This document shows, piece after piece, positions 9,206-18,426 of a stretch of 64,000 bases of DNA. Where the stretch lies: the IMG/VR virus record IMGVR_UViG_3300012933_000168. One strand, written 5' to 3'. The translations under genes and the position numbers were made by a program. This stretch comes from an uncultured virus (IMG/VR IMGVR_UViG_3300012933_000168) (Duplodnaviria > Heunggongvirae > Uroviricota > Caudoviricetes). The notes under the pieces are model-generated. The model was not told where the DNA came from. It saw nothing but the letters and a program-made list of their open reading frames with translations, and did no database searches. Every line of letters begins with the position of its first letter. Positions within the stretch are counted from its first letter, which is position 1.

Positions 9206-9802
9206 ATGGCATACCCTACCGTTTCGGCACCTTATGGCTTAGAGCCCGTCAATTCGCTTGACGGCAAACCCTACGCTGGTGCAATCCGCCAAATTCCCGT
9301 GGCCGCAGGTTTCGCTACCGCTATTTTCAATGGCGACACAGTGCAAATCGGCAGCGATGGTTATTTGATTAAATCAACTGCAACAAACAGCGGCGCTATC
9401 GTCGGCGTTTGCTTGGGTGGTCAATACGTGAACTCGGCTGGTCAAACAGTTCAAGGTCAGTACATCCCCGCAGGTCAATCAACATCTACCAACTTGGCTT
9501 ATGCCTACGTTGTGGATGACCAACAAGCTTTGTTCAAAGTGGCCGTTGTTACCTCTGGTACAACTATGGGCACTGCGAGCCGCGCTGATGTCGGTTCTAA
9601 CGTTCCTTTGGTGTTGAACGCTGGTTCTACTACTACTGGCAATAGCGCTTTCGGCGTGACATTGACCGGTGCTGGTACTACTGCAACCATCCCATTGCGC
9701 GTTATCGACGTGGTCCCTGAGACCGCCACTTCAGCTGGTGTTTACACCGAGTTGTTGGTGAAGATCAACACCCACCAATACAACAACACCACTGGTGTTT
9801 AA
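9206..9802 (+). CDS. Putative capsid decoration/cement protein
   Basis: Beta-rich G/T/A composition, IFNGDTV motif, immediately before the major capsid gene. Confidence 0.7.
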   Translation: MAYPTVSAPYGLEPVNSLDGKPYAGAIRQIPVAAGFATAIFNGDTVQIGSDGYLIKSTATNSGAIVGVCLGGQYVNSAGQTVQGQYIPAGQSTSTNLAYAYVVDDQQALFKVAVVTSGTTMGTASRADVGSNVPLVLNAGSTTTGNSAFGVTLTGAGTTATIPLRVIDVVPETATSAGVYTELLVKINTHQYNNTTGV

Positions 9803-9812
9803 GGAGTAAACC

Positions 9813-10745
9813 ATGGCTATTTCACGCGCACAGTTACTTAAAGAACTGCTCCCCGGTCTGAACGCTTTGTTCGGTATGGAATATGCTCGCTACGGTGAGC
9901 AACACAAAGAGATTTACGAAACTGAAACTTCTGAGCGTAGCTTCGAAGAAGAAGTTAAGTTGTCTGGCTTCTCCGCTGCTCCAGTGAAGAACGAAGGCTC
10001 TGCAATCTCTTACGACAATGCACAAGAAGCATGGTCGACTCGCTACAACCACGAGACTATCGCTCTGGGCTTCTCCATCACTGAAGAAGCTGTGGAAGAT
10101 AACTTGTATGACAGCTTGTCTGCCCGCTACACCAAGTCTTTGGCTCGCGCCATGGCTTACACCAAGCAAGTTAAAGCCGCTTCCGTTTTGAACAACGGTT
10201 TCAACGGTGGCTACTTGGGCGGTGACGGTGTGTCATTGTTCGGTTACAACAGCTCTAGCTCGTTGGTTAACCACCCTCTGGTTTCTGGTGGCACCAACGC
10301 CAACACACCATCTACTCAAGCTGACTTGAACGAGACTTCTTTGGAAGCCGCCGTGATTCAAATCGCTGCTTGGACTGATGAACGTGGTCTGTTGATCGCT
10401 GCTAAGCCAAAGAAAATGGTTGTGCCTCCAGCGCTCCAGTTCGTTGCTACTCGTTTGTTGGAAACTAACCTCCGTGTTGGTACCGCTGACAACGACATCA
10501 ACGCGATCAAGAACAACGGTTCTGTGCCAGAAGGCTACACCGTTAACAACTTCTTGACCGACACAAACGCTTGGTTCTTGACAACTGACGTGCCTAACGG
10601 TTTGAAGCACTTCGTTCGTACACCGCTGCAAAACAGCATGGACGGCGATTTCGATACCGGTAACGTGCGTTACAAGGCCCGCGAGCGTTACAGCTTCGGC
10701 TGGTCTGATGCTCTGGGTATCTGGGGTAGCTCTGGCTCTAACTAA
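9813..10745 (+). CDS. Major capsid protein (HK97 fold)
   Basis: 310 aa, strongly biased codons, strong RBS, followed by a terminator; C-terminal DFDTGN.RYKARERYSFGWSD. Confidence 0.9.
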   Translation: MAISRAQLLKELLPGLNALFGMEYARYGEQHKEIYETETSERSFEEEVKLSGFSAAPVKNEGSAISYDNAQEAWSTRYNHETIALGFSITEEAVEDNLYDSLSARYTKSLARAMAYTKQVKAASVLNNGFNGGYLGGDGVSLFGYNSSSSLVNHPLVSGGTNANTPSTQADLNETSLEAAVIQIAAWTDERGLLIAAKPKKMVVPPALQFVATRLLETNLRVGTADNDINAIKNNGSVPEGYTVNNFLTDTNAWFLTTDVPNGLKHFVRTPLQNSMDGDFDTGNVRYKARERYSFGWSDALGIWGSSGSN

Positions 10746-10753
10746 GCCAACCT

Positions 10754-10783
10754 AAGAAAAGGACCTTCGGGTCCTTTTCTTTT
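10754..10783 (+). terminator. Rho-independent terminator after capsid gene
   Basis: AAGAAAAGGACC-TTCG-GGTCCTTTTCTT. Confidence 0.9.
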
Positions 10784-10810
10784 GTCCAAATTGGGTGTAT
10801 ATTCACCACA

Positions 10811-10885
10811 TCCCGGGGTCCCCGGTGTATCTGACAGTCCCGGCTGACTTTCATGCAGACAGATACGCCTAATTCGCATGAAGGA
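10811..10885 (+). ncRNA. Candidate pseudoknotted cis-regulatory RNA
   Basis: Three interlocked helices: 10813-18/10838-43, 10824-33/10860-69, 10850-56/10876-82; the last abuts the Shine-Dalgarno of the next gene. Confidence 0.6.
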
Positions 10886-10892
10886 ATAAATC

Positions 10893-11108
10893 ATGTCACG
10901 CACTACTTTCTCTGGCCCAGTCGCATCGACTAACGGCTTCATCGCTCCCACCTACACCGTCACTACTGCCAACGCAATCGCATCAGGTGACAAGACTACT
11001 GGCCAAGTCATCTACGTTTCTAACGGTTTGGCTGGCGCACCTTGCTTGGCTGTGTACAACGGTACAAACTGGATTTCTCCAGCTGGTACAGCGATCGCTG
11101 CATCCTAA
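10893..11108 (+). CDS. Small virion protein (head fibre-like)
   Basis: AAGGA RBS; MSRTTFSGPV start; GQVIYVSNG..YNGTNW fibre-like motif. Confidence 0.75.
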   Translation: MSRTTFSGPVASTNGFIAPTYTVTTANAIASGDKTTGQVIYVSNGLAGAPCLAVYNGTNWISPAGTAIAAS

Positions 11109-11117
11109 TTGGTCTTC

Positions 11118-11137
11118 GGGGCTTCGGCCCCTGTTTT
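11118..11137 (+). terminator. UUCG hairpin / possible terminator
   Basis: GGGGC-TTCG-GCCCC then TGTTTT; the same 14-mer occurs on the minus strand at 41027-41040. Confidence 0.6.
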
Positions 11138-11145
11138 AAAGGAGA

Positions 11146-11436
11146 TTGATTATGATGCAAACGGACGTTAAGGCAGCTCACCTCGACGCAAGCGGTGTTA
11201 TTTTTGCGGGTACAACTCGCGTAAAAGGTTACTCTGTTTCACCCGGCGGTACCGCTGGAGAGATAGAGTTTTACGACAACGCAAGCGCCGCTAGCGGGAC
11301 TATTCGCCTTATCTTGAACATTTCAACAAACCAAGCGCTGGATTCTTTGGCCATCCCCGGCGAAGGCATAAAGTTTAATAACGGCGTGTATGTTTCAATG
11401 CCAGCTAACGCTCACTTGACGGTGTACTATGGCTGA
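11146..11436 (+). CDS. Small beta-rich virion protein
   Basis: AAGGAG RBS; IPGEGIKF..GVYV motif. Confidence 0.75.
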   Translation: MIMMQTDVKAAHLDASGVIFAGTTRVKGYSVSPGGTAGEIEFYDNASAASGTIRLILNISTNQALDSLAIPGEGIKFNNGVYVSMPANAHLTVYYG

Positions 11437-12181
11437 TACAGAGAAGAGCATTAACCTAGCTGGGCGCAAATTGATGATTTGCATCCCGGCCTATGACGGT
11501 AAGTTGAACATTGATTCAGCTTTCGCCTTGTCCAACCTCGCCGTTCAGGTGGGTCACTTGGGGGTTAAGCTTTACCTCACGCACCTTTCGGGGTGCTCCC
11601 TTATTACGAAGGCTCGCAACGCTCTTGTTGCGGACTTTCTGGCGTCCGACGCAGACACGCTTCTGTTCGTCGATGCCGACGTTGTCATCAATGCCGACGC
11701 AGTGCTCCGCCTCATGGCGTTGAGCTTGGACAAAGACATCACTGCTGGCATCTATCCACGTCGCGGTATGGACCGCAAGTTCTTCTTGGACTACTACTTG
11801 GATGGCGACGGTGCTTTGGAGTTCGACGCCAACGGCATGATGCGTGTGAAGCGCATCGGTACAGGCTTCATGATGATTCAGCGCCACGTCCTTGAGACTC
11901 TGCGCGACAAGCACCCAGAGTGGAGCTACTACAACAACGTCAACGAACGTACTGACCACGCTATCTTTGATCTGGGCATCATGGAGAACGAGTACTACGG
12001 CGAAGACTACCTCTTCTGTGACCGCGCAGCCAAAGAAGGCTTCACGGTTTACCTCGACCCATCAATCAGCTTGCCTCACGTCGGCCAAGAGAAGTTCTCC
12101 CGTAGCTTCGAGGAAGACGTGTTGCAGCCGTTGCTGGCCCAGCACTGCACACCCAAACTGAAAGTCGTCAATGGCAACTAA
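11429..12181 (+). CDS. GT-A fold (GT2-like) glycosyltransferase
   Basis: ICIPAY, ITKARN, LLFVDAD (DxD), GTGFMMI, GEDYLFC, LPHVG. Confidence 0.85.
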   Translation: MADTEKSINLAGRKLMICIPAYDGKLNIDSAFALSNLAVQVGHLGVKLYLTHLSGCSLITKARNALVADFLASDADTLLFVDADVVINADAVLRLMALSLDKDITAGIYPRRGMDRKFFLDYYLDGDGALEFDANGMMRVKRIGTGFMMIQRHVLETLRDKHPEWSYYNNVNERTDHAIFDLGIMENEYYGEDYLFCDRAAKEGFTVYLDPSISLPHVGQEKFSRSFEEDVLQPLLAQHCTPKLKVVNGN

Positions 12182-12428
12182 GAAGACTCCATCGTTGGCA
12201 GTTGGTCGTGGCGAGAAACTCCCAGCGTCTAAGGGCGCGGGTCTCACAGCCAAGGGCCGTGCTAAATACAACGCTGCTACTGGCAGCAACCTCAAGGCAC
12301 CCCAGCCACAAGGCGGCAAGCGCAAAGACTCGTTCTGCGCCCGCATGTCTGGTATGCCCGGCCCAATGAAAGACGAGAAGGGCAAGCCCACTCGTAAGGC
12401 CGCGTCCTTAGCTCGCTGGAAGTGCTGA
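12171..12428 (+). CDS. Small basic protein (DUF6321-like)
   Basis: RKDSFCARMSG..SLARWKC motif. Confidence 0.7.
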   Translation: MATKKTPSLAVGRGEKLPASKGAGLTAKGRAKYNAATGSNLKAPQPQGGKRKDSFCARMSGMPGPMKDEKGKPTRKAASLARWKC

Positions 12429-12429
12429 A

Positions 12430-12678
12430 ATGGACAACATGGTTTGGAACCTAATTCTCTCAGCGGGCCTTGGTCTGTTGACTTGGATTTTGAAGGAAAA
12501 GTCCGATGAGCTCAGCCGCGTCACGATCCTCCTTAATCGCACTCGCGAAGAAATTGCCAAAGAGTACGTCACCAAAACCGAAGTCCATGCCGACATTAAC
12601 CGCGTCTTGGACCGCCTTGATAGGCTGGATGAAAAACTGGACCGCCTTATGGAGAGTAAACATGCCAGCAACAAGTGA
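12430..12678 (+). CDS. N-terminal TM plus coiled-coil protein
   Basis: Hydrophobic N-terminus; LDRLDRLDEKLDRL heptads. Confidence 0.75.
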   Translation: MDNMVWNLILSAGLGLLTWILKEKSDELSRVTILLNRTREEIAKEYVTKTEVHADINRVLDRLDRLDEKLDRLMESKHASNK

Positions 12679-13081
12679 AAAACAGAAGAAGTTCATGGAC
12701 GCCGCAGCGCACAACCCGTCGTTTGCAAAAGCAGCTGGCGTGCCCGCTAAAGTGGCCAAGGAATTTAGCGAAAAAAGCAAAGGACTGAAGTTTGGTAAGG
12801 GCTCAGACTCCCGCGCCGACCTCCAGAAAGTTAACAAGCCCGAAGCCCTCCACGGCAAATCGGCTCTCTTCAAAAAAGGTGGTGAGACCATGGACAAAAA
12901 AGACATCAAGCAGGACAAAGCGATCGTGAAGAAAGCTGTAACCATGCACGATAAACAGCTGCACGGCGGCAAGAAAACGAACTTGGCCAAGTTGGCTAAG
13001 GGTGGTGGTGTCGAGTCCAAGGGCAAGACCAAAGGTAAGAACATCGCCATGTGCGGTGGTGGCATGGCCAAGAAAAAGTAA
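12662..13081 (+). CDS. Lys-rich small protein with xxxGG motifs
   Basis: GGAG RBS; MPATSEKQKKFM start; FKKGG, LAKGG, MCGGG. Confidence 0.75.
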   Translation: MPATSEKQKKFMDAAAHNPSFAKAAGVPAKVAKEFSEKSKGLKFGKGSDSRADLQKVNKPEALHGKSALFKKGGETMDKKDIKQDKAIVKKAVTMHDKQLHGGKKTNLAKLAKGGGVESKGKTKGKNIAMCGGGMAKKK

Positions 13082-13091
13082 GGAGCTCATC

Positions 13092-13631
13092 ATGGCACGT
13101 AAAAAAGATTTAGCTGGCTTAGCCACATTGGCCGGTCTGGCCTACATGGCGTCTCGCGACAAGGGTGGGGAATCAGCGGCTCCAGAAGCTGCGACTGATG
13201 GTGCGGTAGCGTCACCCGTCCGTTCGGGTGAAACAGAAGAGACTAAGCTTGACAGCATGGCCGACGTGCCACGTTCTCGTCCCGCAGCCCCTAAAGCTTC
13301 TGCACCAAAACCCATGGGTGGTTCTGGCCGTGGTGGTCGTGGTGGCGCTTCAGCTGAAGAGTTGGCTACGTACGCCGCTAGCAAGAAGCCCGCGTACGAA
13401 ACACCTTATGACCGTTCACGTCGTGAAGACCGTGAAGCTGGCCGTGACATCGGTTCTGTGATCGAAGGCTTGAAGAACAAGCTCACCAGCGAAGACACTC
13501 GTAAGCCTTTGCCTTTGAAGAGCACCAAGTCTGAGACTGGAAACTCGTTTATGGGCGCAGGGATGAAAAAAGGCGGCTCCGTCAAAGGCTGGGGCATGGC
13601 TCGCGGCGCTCGTAAAGCAAAAACCTACTAA
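13092..13631 (+). CDS. Low-complexity protein with C-terminal MKKGG motif
   Basis: AGGAG RBS before ATG 13092. Confidence 0.75.
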   Translation: MARKKDLAGLATLAGLAYMASRDKGGESAAPEAATDGAVASPVRSGETEETKLDSMADVPRSRPAAPKASAPKPMGGSGRGGRGGASAEELATYAASKKPAYETPYDRSRREDREAGRDIGSVIEGLKNKLTSEDTRKPLPLKSTKSETGNSFMGAGMKKGGSVKGWGMARGARKAKTY

Positions 13632-13640
13632 GGAAAAATC

Positions 13641-13844
13641 ATGGCTAAAGACAAAGTTTATACCGCTGACATGGGCCAACCCCCACAAGACGTTGACGGT
13701 AAGTCAGCTGGCAAGACCGACAAGAAAGACCAACCCGAGCAGGCTGGTAGCGGCATCATCGTCAAGAAAGCCAAAGGCGGTTCCGTGTCTTCACGCGCAG
13801 ATGGCTGCTGTATCAAAGGCAAAACACGCGGCAAGGTGCTGTAA
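13641..13844 (+). CDS. Small Lys-rich protein (KAKGG..RADG)
   Basis: AAGGA RBS; coupled to the next gene. Confidence 0.7.
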   Translation: MAKDKVYTADMGQPPQDVDGKSAGKTDKKDQPEQAGSGIIVKKAKGGSVSSRADGCCIKGKTRGKVL

Positions 13845-14080
13845 TGTTGGCGAGCCGTGGTATGGGGGCCGTCAAAGCCTCCAAGATGCCTAAACCCAAA
13901 GTCATTAAGAAGCGTGACGGAGACTACCCAGTTGACGTCTACGCTGATGGTGGCCAAGTCGGGTTGTACGCTAACATCAACGCTAAGCGTAAACGTGGAG
14001 AAAAGATGCGTAAGCCCGGTGCCAAAGGCGCGCCGACAGCCCAAGCATTTATCGACTCCGCAAAAACAGCAAAGAAGTAA
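13844..14080 (+). CDS. Small basic protein (YADGG..GLYANI)
   Basis: TAATG overlap; GLYANINAKR..KPGAKGAPT motif. Confidence 0.7.
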   Translation: MLASRGMGAVKASKMPKPKVIKKRDGDYPVDVYADGGQVGLYANINAKRKRGEKMRKPGAKGAPTAQAFIDSAKTAKK

Positions 14081-14083
14081 ACC

Positions 14084-15013
14084 ATGGCAGTCACATCCGG
14101 TCAAACCTCCTTTAACCTCGAACTAACTGAGTTGGTCGAGGAAGCGTTCGAGCGCGCCGGACGTGAACTGCGTTCGGGTTATGACCTGCGTACAGCCCGT
14201 CGTAGCCTCAACATCATGTTCGCCGACTGGGCGAACCGTGGCATCAACATGTGGACGATTGAGCAAGGTCAGATCGACTTGGTTCAAGGTCAGAGCACCT
14301 ACGCACTGCCGAACGACACAGTGGATTTGCTTGAGCACGTCATCCGCACACAAGCGGGCCAGACTTCTAACCAAGCTGACCTGACCATCACACGTATCAG
14401 CGTCTCAACCTATGCGACCCTCCCAAACAAGCTTCAGCAGGCTCGTCCAATTCAGGTATGGGTCCAAAGACTGGATGGGCAGACTGCGGCGTCAATCACG
14501 ACTCTTGCGAGTGGCATATCGGCTACTGACACAACGATTGCGTTGACATCTGCGCTGGGTATGCCAGCGGCGGGTTTCATCAAGATCGACAACGAGACCA
14601 TCAACTACACCGCTGTCAGTGGCAATGACCTCACAGGCTGTTTCCGTGGGCAGAACGGTACTACCGCCGCTACTCATTCAACCGCCGCCGCTGTGTCCGT
14701 GCAGAACCTTCCAGCTGTGACCGTGTGGCCGACTCCAGACGGTGCTCAGACCTATCAATTCGTTTACTGGCGTCTCCGCCGCACCCAAGATGCGGGCGGT
14801 GGTGTGAACGTCATGGACGTACCTTTCCGATTCATCCCTTGTATGGCCGCTGGTTTGGCTTTCTACATCGCTGGCAAGATTCCAGAAGGCGCTGAGCGCA
14901 TCATGATGTTGAAGCAACAGTACGACGAGGCTTGGGAGCTGGCTGCTTATGAAGATCATGAGAAGGCAGCGATTCGATTTGTACCGCGCCAGCAGTACAT
15001 TGGGGGCACCTAA
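14084..15013 (+). CDS. Putative head-tail adaptor (tail tubular protein A-like)
   Basis: RTARRSLN..WANRG N-terminus and helical C-terminus typical of podovirus adaptors; internal ~65-aa inserted module. Confidence 0.7.
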   Translation: MAVTSGQTSFNLELTELVEEAFERAGRELRSGYDLRTARRSLNIMFADWANRGINMWTIEQGQIDLVQGQSTYALPNDTVDLLEHVIRTQAGQTSNQADLTITRISVSTYATLPNKLQQARPIQVWVQRLDGQTAASITTLASGISATDTTIALTSALGMPAAGFIKIDNETINYTAVSGNDLTGCFRGQNGTTAATHSTAAAVSVQNLPAVTVWPTPDGAQTYQFVYWRLRRTQDAGGGVNVMDVPFRFIPCMAAGLAFYIAGKIPEGAERIMMLKQQYDEAWELAAYEDHEKAAIRFVPRQQYIGGT

Positions 15014-15441
15014 TGGGTAACCGGTTCGCCAGCGGCAAATGGGCGATTGCTCAGTGCGACCGTTGCGATGGTCGGTTCAAACTGAAGGTCCTCAAGCGCG
15101 AGATTATCAAGACCAAGAACTATGAGCTCTTGGTGTGCCCAGAGTGCTGGGACCCTGACCAACCACAACTTCAACTGGGTATGTATCCGGTTGACGACCC
15201 ACAAGGTTTGCGCAACCCACGTCCCGATCGTAGCTACGTTACATCAGGCACAACAGGCTTGCAAATTCTGAACGGGAACAGCACGAATATCAATGCTCAA
15301 GGTTTCCAAGGCGAAGGCAGTCGCGACATACAATGGGGCTGGAACCCTGTTGGTGGCGCAGCTTTAAATGATGCAGGTTTAACGCCAAACTACTTGGCTT
15401 TAGCTGTGGAAATTGGTACAGTCACCATATCAACGACGTAA
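15013..15441 (+). CDS. Zinc-ribbon virion-module protein
   Basis: CDRC..CPEC; TAATG coupling. Confidence 0.75.
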   Translation: MGNRFASGKWAIAQCDRCDGRFKLKVLKREIIKTKNYELLVCPECWDPDQPQLQLGMYPVDDPQGLRNPRPDRSYVTSGTTGLQILNGNSTNINAQGFQGEGSRDIQWGWNPVGGAALNDAGLTPNYLALAVEIGTVTISTT

Positions 15442-15451
15442 GGAGTCGAAC

Positions 15452-15649
15452 ATGTCTTTTAAAAAATCAGCCGACGGCGTTACCAAGTCAGGTAAGACCG
15501 AAGGTAAAAATCTCGGTGATAGCGGCCCAACAGCAGCAGCTCAAAAGGGCAAAGGCGGCAAGGGCGGCAAAAACGGTGGCAAGACTAACGAAGACATGCT
15601 GAGCATGGGTCGTGGTATGGCTAAAGTTGCAAACCAAAAGCGAGGCTAA
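15452..15649 (+). CDS. Small Lys/Gly-rich protein
   Basis: AAGGAG RBS before ATG 15452. Confidence 0.7.
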   Translation: MSFKKSADGVTKSGKTEGKNLGDSGPTAAAQKGKGGKGGKNGGKTNEDMLSMGRGMAKVANQKRG

Positions 15650-15651
15650 TC

Positions 15652-15921
15652 ATGGCTAAATTCAGCAAAAAAATGATGGGCAAAGAAGTTGGCAGTGCCA
15701 GCGTCTACGCTAAGCCACACACTATGGACGGCAAGCCTCTCAAGGCCACAAAGAAAACCGACCCAAACACTTTGTCTGCTAAGCAGATCAGCCCACGTAC
15801 CGTAGCAATGCGCGTGAGTGGTGGTGACCCTGCTGCCGACGACGTCAAAACTTCGGGCATCAAAATCCGTGGTACCGGTGCAGCAACCAAGGGCCTGATG
15901 GCTCGCGGACCAATGGCCTAA
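15652..15921 (+). CDS. Small basic protein (IRGTGAATKG)
   Basis: GAGG RBS; in-operon position. Confidence 0.7.
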   Translation: MAKFSKKMMGKEVGSASVYAKPHTMDGKPLKATKKTDPNTLSAKQISPRTVAMRVSGGDPAADDVKTSGIKIRGTGAATKGLMARGPMA

Positions 15922-15922
15922 C

Positions 15923-16029
15923 ATGACCTACGACGAACTCTACGCAAACATTCAGGCGTACACGGAGAACACGTTCCCCGATACGTACCTTGCTGACGGA
16001 AGTTCTGTGGACACTGAGACACAGATCAA
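15923..16029 (+). CDS. 5' fragment of a tail/neck protein, truncated by gap
   Basis: MTYDELYANIQAYTEN... runs into the Ns. Confidence 0.65.
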
Positions 16030-16802
16030 NNNNNNNNNNNNNNNNNNNNNNNNNNNNNNNNNNNNNNNNNNNNNNNNNNNNNNNNNNNNNNNNNNNNNNN
16101 NNNNNNNNNNNNNNNNNNNNNNNNNNNNNNNNNNNNNNNNNNNNNNNNNNNNNNNNNNNNNNNNNNNNNNNNNNNNNNNNNNNNNNNNNNNNNNNNNNNN
16201 NNNNNNNNNNNNNNNNNNNNNNNNNNNNNNNNNNNNNNNNNNNNNNNNNNNNNNNNNNNNNNNNNNNNNNNNNNNNNNNNNNNNNNNNNNNNNNNNNNNN
16301 NNNNNNNNNNNNNNNNNNNNNNNNNNNNNNNNNNNNNNNNNNNNNNNNNNNNNNNNNNNNNNNNNNNNNNNNNNNNNNNNNNNNNNNNNNNNNNNNNNNN
16401 NNNNNNNNNNNNNNNNNNNNNNNNNNNNNNNNNNNNNNNNNNNNNNNNNNNNNNNNNNNNNNNNNNNNNNNNNNNNNNNNNNNNNNNNNNNNNNNNNNNN
16501 NNNNNNNNNNNNNNNNNNNNNNNNNNNNNNNNNNNNNNNNNNNNNNNNNNNNNNNNNNNNNNNNNNNNNNNNNNNNNNNNNNNNNNNNNNNNNNNNNNNN
16601 NNNNNNNNNNNNNNNNNNNNNNNNNNNNNNNNNNNNNNNNNNNNNNNNNNNNNNNNNNNNNNNNNNNNNNNNNNNNNNNNNNNNNNNNNNNNNNNNNNNN
16701 NNNNNNNNNNNNNNNNNNNNNNNNNNNNNNNNNNNNNNNNNNNNNNNNNNNNNNNNNNNNNNNNNNNNNNNNNNNNNNNNNNNNNNNNNNNNNNNNNNNN
16801 NN
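16030..16802. other. Assembly gap (N run)
   Basis: 773 Ns. Confidence 1.
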
Positions 16803-17066
16803 TACACCGCAGGTGGTGAGACCCTGACAGTTACACAAGTGCCGACGATCGGCAATCAGACAGGCAACGCTACGGCGTACTTGTCTTTCCAGAATGTTAC
16901 TTGGACTTCGGCGCTTACCGCTCGCGGCGCGTTGATCTATAAGTCCGGCAGTGGCAACCCGACAGTCTGCGTGTTGGACTTCGGTGCTGACAAAACCTCA
17001 ACCACAACTTTCACGGTGCAGTTCCCCGCTGTTACCAATACAGCGGCGATCATCCGCATTTCTTAA
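16803..17066 (+). CDS. 3' fragment of a tail protein
   Basis: YTAGG..TARGALIY..VLDFGADK..AIIRIS*. Confidence 0.75.
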   Translation, partial: YTAGGETLTVTQVPTIGNQTGNATAYLSFQNVTWTSALTARGALIYKSGSGNPTVCVLDFGADKTSTTTFTVQFPAVTNTAAIIRIS

Positions 17067-17077
17067 GGAGCATTGAC

Positions 17078-17584
17078 ATGCAAGAAAAAACTCACGGCGG
17101 CGGTGTTTTCACCGTTCAATGCCTCGACAAAGACGGTAACCTCAAGTGGGAACTCGCACAGCCTAACTTGGTTGTCAACGAAGGTTTGGCCGACATGAAT
17201 GACAAGTACTTCTCCGGTAGCGGCTACACCGCTGCGTGGTACTTGGGCTTGATCTCTGGTTCTACCCCGGTGATCGCAGCTGCGGACACTTTGGCCTCAC
17301 ACGCTTGGACTGAAGTGCCTGTGACTACTGGCTATAGCGGTAACCGCAAGGCTGTGACTTTTGGCGCGGCTACTGAAGCTGACCCATCTGTTTGCGCTGG
17401 TGGTTCTGTGTCGTTTGCCATGTTGGGCACCTACACAGTGTCTGGCGCGTTCTTGTGCACCGTTGCTTCTGGCACATCTGGCGTGTTGTTCTCCGCTTCT
17501 ACTTTTGAAGCCCCCGGCGACCGTTCAGTTGTTTCGGGTGACACGCTCAACGTGACATACACATTCGAGCTGGCTGCAACCTAA
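17078..17584 (+). CDS. Tail-associated structural protein
   Basis: AAGGAG RBS; NLVVNEG..GDTLNVTYT motif. Confidence 0.75.
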   Translation: MQEKTHGGGVFTVQCLDKDGNLKWELAQPNLVVNEGLADMNDKYFSGSGYTAAWYLGLISGSTPVIAAADTLASHAWTEVPVTTGYSGNRKAVTFGAATEADPSVCAGGSVSFAMLGTYTVSGAFLCTVASGTSGVLFSASTFEAPGDRSVVSGDTLNVTYTFELAAT

Positions 17585-17595
17585 TAGGTTAGCCA

Positions 17596-18417
17596 GTGCT
17601 TGGAAACTCCGCTCTAGCCCAAACCCCGTTCGCCGCTCTTGGCGGCGGGAATAGCTACGGGCGGAACATTGCTGAGTTAGCAACAGGCACCGAAGCAGAG
17701 GTGGCGATTGCTGTCTTTGCCCCAAGTATTCTGGAAGCGCTTCTTGCTACCGAAACGGTAGCGGTGGGTGCAAGCACGTTCAACGCCCCAATCGACGAAA
17801 ACGCTTCTGGTACAGCCCCTGTAACCGTTGACCCCAGCATCTTTAACGCCCCAATCAATGAAGGCGCTACTGGTACTGAGACCTCCGTGGCGCGTGTTGA
17901 TTTCCTAGCGGCGGTAAATGAAGCCTCTCTTGGCACAGATACCGTGCTGGTGGGGCCGAGCACGTTCAACGCTCCAATCAACGAGAACGCCACGGGCACA
18001 GAGCAGGTCATCGGTGGCTTGCTTTACCTCTGCGATGTGGTGGCGTCTGCTACTGGCACTGCGCTCCCTTCCGCGCTGCAAGGGTTCGTAGCTGCTGTTT
18101 CAGCTACAAGCACGGGTACTGATGCCGTTGCGGCGCTGCAAGACCATATTGCTCAGGTTATGGCTACGGCCACGGGCACGGACTCTTCAGCGGCTCTGGT
18201 TGACTTTAGCGCTGACGTAGTGGCATCCGCCGCTGGTGAGGCTCTTGTGTTGGCCAATGCTACGTACATTGCTGCTGTTTCCGCTGGAGCGCTTGGTGTT
18301 GACGTAATCGTGGCTCGATTGCTTTGGGAAGTAATCAATGACAGCCAGAACGCGAACTGGCAAAATATCAGCGATGCGCAAACAACGACTTGGTCTGTTG
18401 TGAAGACACAATCGTAA
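17596..18417 (+). CDS. Tail protein with ~20-aa tandem repeats
   Basis: Repeated STFNAPI.E.A.GT units. Confidence 0.75.
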   Translation: MLGNSALAQTPFAALGGGNSYGRNIAELATGTEAEVAIAVFAPSILEALLATETVAVGASTFNAPIDENASGTAPVTVDPSIFNAPINEGATGTETSVARVDFLAAVNEASLGTDTVLVGPSTFNAPINENATGTEQVIGGLLYLCDVVASATGTALPSALQGFVAAVSATSTGTDAVAALQDHIAQVMATATGTDSSAALVDFSADVVASAAGEALVLANATYIAAVSAGALGVDVIVARLLWEVINDSQNANWQNISDAQTTTWSVVKTQS

Positions 18418-18426
18418 GGAATAAAA

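Noticed and set aside
15860..16855. Long ORFs spanning the N run
   Set aside because: Artefacts of translating Ns.
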